Assembly: GCA_046292385.1 (NCBI GenBank)
Contig: JBKBRF010000006.1
Location: 11,224-75,223, forward strand
Direction: 5' to 3'
From: Armatimonadota bacterium
GTDB lineage: Bacteria > Armatimonadota > SYMT01
Length of the DNA: 64,000 bases
Under the pieces are notes generated by a model. The model was not told the DNA's origin, searched no databases, and saw nothing but the letters and a program-made list of their open reading frames with translations. Position 1 is the stretch's first letter. Every line of letters starts with the position of its first letter. Shown here in pieces: positions 58,090-64,000 of this stretch. Position numbers and translations under genes: made by a program.

Positions 58090-59055
58090 TCACTCCTCTT
58101 CGAACCCGATCTCCTGTTCGATTTCCGCGTGCCGCGGCGTATCTCCTCGGGCACCTGAGCGGGACCGGAGCAGCGCCAGGTAGCGCTCCAGCTCGGGCGG
58201 GAGCGGCGACTCCATCTCCATCCGCGCGGAGGTGACCGGATGCGTAAAGACCAGGCGGAAGGCGTGGAGGAAGAGGCGGCCGAGCTCCGGCTCCGAACCG
58301 CGGCCGAACAGGTCGTCGCCGGCGATCGGGTGTCCGAAGTGCGCGCAGTGGAGGCGGAGCTGGTTGGTGCGCCCGGTCACCGGCTCCAGCTCCAGCAGCG
58401 TGTGCTCCGGGAGCCGCTCCACAACTCGCCAGCGGGTGTGCGCGGGCCGGCCGGTCTCCCGGATGCCCCACTTCGGGAACGCCTCCGGATCCGAGCCGAT
58501 CGGCGCCTCCCACTCCCCGGCCTCACCCTCCGGCGCCCCATGGACGAGCGCCAGGTAGCGCTTCTCCACCTGCTTCTGCTGGAACTGCACCGTGAGCCGG
58601 GAGAGCGCGCGCTGGGTCTTCGCGATCACGATCAGGCCGGAAGTGGAGCGGTCGAGCCGGTGGACCATCCCCGGGCGGACCGGCGGCTCTGCCCCGCCCA
58701 GCACGTTGAAGTGGTGCGCCAGCGCGTTCGCCAGCGTCCCGGAGCGGTGCCGGCCGGCGGGGTGGACCACCATCCCGGCCGGCTTCTCCACCACCGCCAG
58801 CGCGTCGTCCTCGAAGTAGATCCGCAGCGGGATCTCCTCGGGAGTCATCGCGCTCTGCTCGTCCAGGTCGAGCTCCGCCGTCACCAGGTCGCCGGCCGAG
58901 ACCCGCCAGCCCGCCGGACGGGGGAGGCCGTTCACGCGGACCTCTTCCCGGTCGAGCGCCAGGCGCAGCCGCATCCGGCTGAGACCCGGTATCCGCGCGC
59001 TCAGCACCCGGTCCAGCCGCTCCGTGTCCTCTCGCGGGCTCACTTCGAAGCGCAT
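58090..59055 (-). CDS. RluA family pseudouridine synthase (RluD-like, with S4 domain)
   Basis: EKPAGMVVHP, HRLDRSTSG, TGRTNQLRLH, LFLHA. Confidence 0.93.
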   Translation of the reverse strand: MRFEVSPREDTERLDRVLSARIPGLSRMRLRLALDREEVRVNGLPRPAGWRVSAGDLVTAELDLDEQSAMTPEEIPLRIYFEDDALAVVEKPAGMVVHPAGRHRSGTLANALAHHFNVLGGAEPPVRPGMVHRLDRSTSGLIVIAKTQRALSRLTVQFQQKQVEKRYLALVHGAPEGEAGEWEAPIGSDPEAFPKWGIRETGRPAHTRWRVVERLPEHTLLELEPVTGRTNQLRLHCAHFGHPIAGDDLFGRGSEPELGRLFLHAFRLVFTHPVTSARMEMESPLPPELERYLALLRSRSGARGDTPRHAEIEQEIGFEEE

Positions 59056-59257
59056 TCACCCACACCTGGCCTCCCCCAATAGCCGCCCGGTCGCTCCTCC
59101 ATCGGATAATCTCCCACCGCTCCACCCAAAGGGCTAACAACAATTCGCCTGCAAGGTGCACTATGGTAGAGTGGAGCCCGACCGCCGGTCGGCCCCCCTA
59201 CCTTCCTATCCGGGGCGCCGAGAGCGCCTCGATCCCTCTCTTCCCAGGAGTCACACC

Positions 59258-59815
59258 GTGAAGCTTCGCGCTGGAATCGCGGCGACCTGCGTGGTCGCCA
59301 TCGCTGGACTATCGATCGCGGCGGGCGCCGCCCCGCGCCGGGATGATTCCGGCCTGCCCGTCGACGAGGTCAAGCGCGGCCTGAAGATCGCGCCGGTGCC
59401 GCTGAACCTCAAGGGCAAGAACAAGGCGCTCGTCGGCAAGGGCAGCTACATCGTCAACGCGCAGGGCGGCTGCAACGACTGTCACACCAACCCGTCCTAC
59501 GCACCGGGCGGCAACCCGTTCGCGGGCGAGCCGGAGCAGATCAACGCGGATCACTACCTCGCCGGCGGGCAGCAGTTCGGGCCGTTCGTCTCCCGGAACC
59601 TGACGCCGGACGAGCAGGGTCGCCCCGCGGGGATGACGTTCAAGGAGTTCAAGCAGGTCCTCCGCACCGGTAAGGACCTGAGCGGCACGACCCTGCAGGT
59701 GATGCCGTGGCCGGTCTACGGCAAGATGACCGACAAAGACCTGCGCGCGGTGTACGAGTACCTCCGCGCCATTCCGCCGGCTCAGCCCGGCACCACGCCT
59801 CCGCCGGCCGAGTAA
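59258..59815 (+). CDS. Mono-haem cytochrome c, exported
   Basis: AGGAG SD, GTG start, signal peptide, CNDCH, SRNLTPD, MPW. Confidence 0.88.
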   Translation: MKLRAGIAATCVVAIAGLSIAAGAAPRRDDSGLPVDEVKRGLKIAPVPLNLKGKNKALVGKGSYIVNAQGGCNDCHTNPSYAPGGNPFAGEPEQINADHYLAGGQQFGPFVSRNLTPDEQGRPAGMTFKEFKQVLRTGKDLSGTTLQVMPWPVYGKMTDKDLRAVYEYLRAIPPAQPGTTPPPAE

Positions 59816-59841
59816 CACGCAGCGATTACCGGCCAGCCAGA

Positions 59842-59877
59842 GAACGGGGAGGGTGCCGCGGAGCGCCCTCCCCGTTC
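59842..59877. terminator. Bidirectional hairpin between convergent cytochrome genes
   Basis: GAACGGGGAGGG...CCCTCCCCGTTC followed by ATTTTT. Confidence 0.7.
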
Positions 59878-59886
59878 CGGATTTTT

Positions 59887-61245
59887 CTACAGCGAGCGGA
59901 GGAACGCCACCAGGTCGGCCTTTTGCTGCAGCGTAAGGTTGAGCTGGAACCGGGTGTCGTAGAACTGCACCACGTCGAGCAGCGTCGCCGCGGAGCCGTC
60001 GTGGAAGTACGGCGCCCGAGCGGCGAGGCCCCGCAGCGGGGAAACCTTGAAGCGGTCCATGTCGGACCACTTGCCGGTAATCAGGGCCCGCCCGGGATCG
60101 GTGGTGGAGCGGACCTCCCCAGTGCTCCGGTTCCGGAAGGTATAGAGCGGCACGTCGGAGCTCCGGCGCTGCGGGGCGCTCACCCCGATATCCTGCAGGA
60201 CGCCCACGGAGCTGCTGCCGACGTTCGGCGCGTTGTGGCAGCTCGTACAGGTGGCGGTGACGGCGGGCGCCCCCAGCACGTCGTTGAACCCCGCCACCCC
60301 GGTGACGGTGAACCGCTTGCGGTTGAAGATCACCTCTCCGCGCGCGACCGACTGCCGCTCAGCCCGCACCGCCTTGTTGGAAGCCCGCGACTTAGCCCAC
60401 TTGGAGAAAAGCTTGAACGCGATCGGGTTGAACGGCTTGCGGCCGCCGAACGGATCGTTGATGCCGGGCTGGTACTTCTGCTTCGAGAGCAGCCTCGGAC
60501 CGCCGCGGGCACCCTCCGCGGTCACCTTCCCGGCCGAGCTGTCGCGGATCTGGGCGTGGAAGAGCCCGCGCTCGAACTTCACGATCTCGGCGAGCTGCGC
60601 GTCGGTCGGGCGGGCGCCGGCCTGCGCGTGGCCCAGGGTGGCGTCGAGCGCCTGGCTGGCCAGGTTCTGCTCCAGCGTGAAGCCCGGCGTGGTCTGCCGC
60701 CCGTCCCACATGATCGTGCTCTGGAACTTGAGGTTCGCGGCGGGGAGGGAGCGGCGGAACAGCGAGAGCTCCGCGGCGCTGGCGAAGCCGTAGGGATCGT
60801 CGACCGCCTCCAGCGTGAACTCCGCCTCCTGGGGCATCGGCAGCCCGATGCGGAAGACGCCGCGGCTCAGGAGCAGCGCGTAGGCGGACCGCTTCGCTTC
60901 CAGGGTGGAAACGTCCGCGTGCGGCGAGACGGTGCCGTCGTTGGTCCGGAAGAGCGGGTCCTCGCCGCTCGTCTCCTCGAACCGGCGCCGGGCACTGGCC
61001 GCGGAGAGCGACCATCCGTCCGACTCCGCGTGGCAGGTGTCGCAGCTTCGCCCGTTGGTGCCGAGCTGCTGGAAGAACGGGCCGGAGGTATCGATCCGGT
61101 TCCGCTTGTTGACAGTGAGCGAGGCGCCGGTCTCATTCTCGATGGGACGGGGCGCCGTCTTCGGGCCGGCACCCGCGGCGGTAACCACCAGGGCGCCGAG
61201 GCCAGCGGAAATGCCGAGGGCGACGACGTGTCGGGGGGAAGGCAA
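59887..61245 (-). CDS. Di-haem cytochrome c peroxidase / MauG family protein
   Basis: CDTCH and CTSCH, MWDGR, FKVSPLRGL..RAPYFHDGS. TTG start with AGGAG SD. Confidence 0.88.
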   Translation of the reverse strand: MPSPRHVVALGISAGLGALVVTAAGAGPKTAPRPIENETGASLTVNKRNRIDTSGPFFQQLGTNGRSCDTCHAESDGWSLSAASARRRFEETSGEDPLFRTNDGTVSPHADVSTLEAKRSAYALLLSRGVFRIGLPMPQEAEFTLEAVDDPYGFASAAELSLFRRSLPAANLKFQSTIMWDGRQTTPGFTLEQNLASQALDATLGHAQAGARPTDAQLAEIVKFERGLFHAQIRDSSAGKVTAEGARGGPRLLSKQKYQPGINDPFGGRKPFNPIAFKLFSKWAKSRASNKAVRAERQSVARGEVIFNRKRFTVTGVAGFNDVLGAPAVTATCTSCHNAPNVGSSSVGVLQDIGVSAPQRRSSDVPLYTFRNRSTGEVRSTTDPGRALITGKWSDMDRFKVSPLRGLAARAPYFHDGSAATLLDVVQFYDTRFQLNLTLQQKADLVAFLRSL

Positions 61246-61460
61246 GGGACAACTCCTGCGAAGCGCGGATAACAGCAGAAGCGGTTGCTCGGCCGCACTC
61301 CCAGCCTCTGATTATGGGCTTCCGGCCGTCGCATTTCCACCTCCGAACGGTCGATTTCTCTCGAGCCGTCCGTCCCACCCATCGCAGGAGGCGCAGCTCA
61401 GGACGGCTGCCGGAGCAGCGTGAGCCCCACCGTTATCCGGCGGAGCCACCCCCAGTACGC

Positions 61461-62546
61461 TCACTGCGGCGGCTCCCAGATCTCCCACTGCACCCGCCGC
61501 AGGTCATACGCCTTCGGGTAGCGGAAGCGGCCCTTCCGCGCTCGGAGCCCGTCTTCCACCACGGCGAAGTCCAGGTCGAGGCCCTGCCGCTCCGCGGGAG
61601 TCAGCAGCCCCAGCGTCTGCTTCCGAGCCTCCGCCGGACCGGCGAGAAGCGAGGTGAGGGCGTAGAGCTGGATCACCGGCGCCTCCAGGCCCCATTCGGC
61701 TTCGCGCTGCTCGGACCTGAGCCAGTCCTTTGCGGCCCGCTGCTCAGCGCGCAGATACGCCGGGTACACCGCGCCAGCCTCCACGAAACGGCCACCCCGC
61801 CAACCCAGCACCATCGGGATGAAAGGCCCGCCCACGGTAGCATTCTTCCAGCCCGCGAAGCCGTCGTAGTCGGCCAGCAGCTCGAGCGCGTCGTCACTAT
61901 CGACATCCTTCGGCTCCAGTCCGGTAATGCGTCGGGCACCGTAAGCGAGAAGACAGGCCGGCTTCGGGCCGAGGGAATAGACGTAGTAGTTGGCCCAGAT
62001 GTTATTCCCGCCGTTCCACTGGCAGAGGATCACCTCCGGCAGTCCGTCCTGCGTCAGGTCTCCGGTCCACTCCACGGAGACATCGAAGTCGGAGATGCGA
62101 GCGGCGGTTCTACCCCGTGGATCCCGGATCTCCAGGGTGGCGAGGGCGCCGTTCGGACGGTCGCGCTCGACCCACTTCCACAGCTTGCACGCACCGACTG
62201 CCTCCACCCGGAGCGGTGCTCGCGGATCCCACGAGGGCGGCTGGAAGCCGTTCGCCGCGACCCAGACGCGGCATATGGGGGAGAAGAAGACGAACGGCCA
62301 CTCACGCCCGGTATAACCGTAGCTCCAGCCGTCCCGCTCCTCGGGGATAAGGCGGGGGCCAGGCCCCAGCGCCACCGGGCGTCCGAGCTCATCGGTCTGC
62401 TGACGGAGGGACGCGGCGGGCTGGCTGAAGTCGAAGACGACCGCCGCCGCACCGGCGTAGAGCAGGCCCACGACGAGCGAGAGCGCGATTCCGATGGTCA
62501 GGACGCGGAGGCGCCTAGCTGACTTCTTCTCGCGTAGTTCGTTCAT
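61461..62546 (-). CDS. Hypothetical membrane-anchored protein
   Basis: N-terminal TM and two FG-GAP-like D-x-D-G motifs; weaker codon bias. Start at ATG 62546. Confidence 0.65.
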   Translation of the reverse strand: MNELREKKSARRLRVLTIGIALSLVVGLLYAGAAAVVFDFSQPAASLRQQTDELGRPVALGPGPRLIPEERDGWSYGYTGREWPFVFFSPICRVWVAANGFQPPSWDPRAPLRVEAVGACKLWKWVERDRPNGALATLEIRDPRGRTAARISDFDVSVEWTGDLTQDGLPEVILCQWNGGNNIWANYYVYSLGPKPACLLAYGARRITGLEPKDVDSDDALELLADYDGFAGWKNATVGGPFIPMVLGWRGGRFVEAGAVYPAYLRAEQRAAKDWLRSEQREAEWGLEAPVIQLYALTSLLAGPAEARKQTLGLLTPAERQGLDLDFAVVEDGLRARKGRFRYPKAYDLRRVQWEIWEPPQ

Positions 62547-62679
62547 CCCCGGCGGGCCCTCCGCGCTGGCCGGTACGACATCACGCCGCCTGAAGGGCCG
62601 CGCAAGGATACTGTTGGCGAAATCAGCTGAGCAGGATGAACACGAGCGGCCAAGCACTCCGGCGAGATTCCCCTAGCGG

Positions 62680-62706
62680 GGAAGCGGTGGCAAGCCACCG
62701 CACTCC
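62680..62706. repeat. Palindrome GCGGTGGCAAGCCACCGC(ACTCC), REP-like
   Basis: Inverted repeat in the intergenic region; only one copy in the window. Confidence 0.4.
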
Positions 62707-62850
62707 ACAGACTGCACCGGCGCAGTCTCCCTTTCGACGAGAGGGAATCTCTTCCGAGCTAGCCTGTGGAGATTCTATGGTTCGCGTCAAGCGGAAAGTT
62801 CGAGAGGAGCTCTCGCACGCAGCCCCGCGGAGCCGGCGGCGCCGAAAACA

Positions 62851-63882
62851 TCACGGGTTCGTCGCCGCCGGCTCCGCTTCGGTGGATCCTGCGGGGACCG
62901 GGGCGGGCTCACCCCGCTTCGGGCTCGCCGGCTGTCGGTAGACCCGCTCGGGGTCATACTCTTCCCCGTGCTTCACCACCGCCCAACAGACTTTAGCGAT
63001 CTTGCGGGCGACCGCATTCAACGCTGCCGTCTTCGCCAGACCTTTGGCCAACTCCCGCTCATACTGCTGGCGGAACGGACTGTCTTTGATCCGGACGTTC
63101 GACTTGGCGGCCAGATAGAGCAAGCGGCGTAGCTCGGCATCGCCTTCTTTCGTGAGGCCATACTCCCCCGCCCGCTTTCCCGATTGCCGTACCCGGATAT
63201 CCAAGCCGATATACGCCACTACCTGATCCGCGTGGGCGAAGTCATGCGAGGTAAGCCGGGCCGCGAGGGCGGCGGAAATCACGGGGCCGATGCCGGGGAT
63301 CTTCCGCAGGGCCTTGGTGGCGGGGAACTTCTCCTTATCCTGCGCCCGCTGGGCGATCTGGCGATCCAGCGCCGTCAACCGCGTCTTGAGGTCGGCGACG
63401 GCCTCGGCCAGCACGTCCGCGGCGTACGGGAGCTCGCGGCGCTGCTGCTCCAAGCTGGTGAGGGCGGACCGTAAGCCACGGCGGGCGCGCAGGAGTTGTT
63501 CGAGAGCTTCCACGTCGGCGCTCTTCACCGGGAACGGGCGCAGCCCCTCTGCTTTGGGTCGGGAAGCGGCGAACATCGCCAGCCCCCGGGCCGCCAGGCG
63601 GTCGGTCGAAGCCCGAGTACTCAGCGAGCGGAGGTAGGCGTGCACTTTACGAGGCGGGGCCAAGAGGACGGTCCGTCCCGCTTCCCGGGCCTGGTGCACG
63701 ACCAGATGGCAGTAGCGCCCGGTGGGTTCGACCACCAGGGGGACGTCCGCCGGGGTGCGGGCCAGGAGCTTCCGAATGCCGGCCGGGGTGTTCGGCACGG
63801 AGCCTTCCCAGGCAATGCGTTCGGAAGGACGGTCGAAGAGGGCGCAGACGAGTTCGGCTTTGCTGACATCGACTCCTAACAT
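62851..63882 (-). CDS. IS110 family transposase/recombinase
   Basis: GVDVSK, VEPTG, STDRLAA, IPGIGP, AYIGL....QSG, TKEGD..LRRLLY, A.ARK. Start at ATG 63882. Confidence 0.93.
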   Translation of the reverse strand: MLGVDVSKAELVCALFDRPSERIAWEGSVPNTPAGIRKLLARTPADVPLVVEPTGRYCHLVVHQAREAGRTVLLAPPRKVHAYLRSLSTRASTDRLAARGLAMFAASRPKAEGLRPFPVKSADVEALEQLLRARRGLRSALTSLEQQRRELPYAADVLAEAVADLKTRLTALDRQIAQRAQDKEKFPATKALRKIPGIGPVISAALAARLTSHDFAHADQVVAYIGLDIRVRQSGKRAGEYGLTKEGDAELRRLLYLAAKSNVRIKDSPFRQQYERELAKGLAKTAALNAVARKIAKVCWAVVKHGEEYDPERVYRQPASPKRGEPAPVPAGSTEAEPAATNP

Positions 63883-64000
63883 GTGGGTAGCTCCCGAGGG
63901 GTTCCTCTCCCGCACACTTGCGGTACATGGCCGGTCTCCTCACGCGTGAGGGCCGTGGGATTCCTCATCGGCGGTGAGAGGGAAGAGGAGGTCTTCTCCA
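63883..64000 (-). ncRNA. Candidate bridge-RNA region (left non-coding end of IS110), partial
   Basis: Non-coding sequence upstream of the recombinase with a CCTCACGCGTGAGG palindrome. The call rests on position and on known IS110 biology. Confidence 0.45.

Larger units (their letters stand above)
62770..64000 (-). mobile_element. IS110 family insertion sequence; left end lies beyond the window
   Basis: Contains the IS110 transposase. Minus-strand CTTGACGCGAACCATAGAATCT ~60-80 nt after the stop resembles IS110/IS900-type right ends, so the right boundary is inferred. Confidence 0.7.

Overview
GC-rich bacterial chromosomal window, densely coding, with no rRNA, tRNA or CRISPR array recognised. 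The gene mix (Tat-exported Gfo/Idh/MocA oxidoreductases, DUF1501 plus DUF1549/DUF1553, tricorn protease, TolC) suggests a diderm soil-type organism such as Armatimonadota or a Planctomycete-like lineage; this is inference only. Contents in order: sugar and peptide catabolism genes (four Gfo/Idh/MocA, aldo-keto reductase, CE7 esterase, xylB, glycerate kinase, tricorn protease with a family-5 binding protein); a MacAB-TolC-like exporter; copZ; a complete nuoA-N operon; yajQ; a type III PKS plus ACP pair; a DUF1501 / DUF1549-DUF1553 pair; an FG-GAP propeller; an RluA-family synthase; a mono-haem cytochrome c convergent with a MauG-like di-haem protein; and an IS110 element running off the right edge. 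The complex I operon is unusual in several ways: a Rex/CRP-type box over its -35, a Uma2 nuclease gene between nuoE and nuoF, altered NuoF nucleotide-site motifs, a 26-His NuoL loop, a duplicated last NuoL helix, and repeat tails on NuoH and NuoM. Intergenic DNA carries several repeat families: a modular multi-hairpin REP-like element with compensatory changes (three full copies, two partial), a 204-bp element with terminal inverted repeats, and short 6-7-mer tandem repeats. The IS110 lacks the fourth catalytic Asp and has a candidate bridge-RNA region. A frameshifted remnant duplicates the 3' end of the TPR gene. Family assignments come from motif recognition, not database searches.
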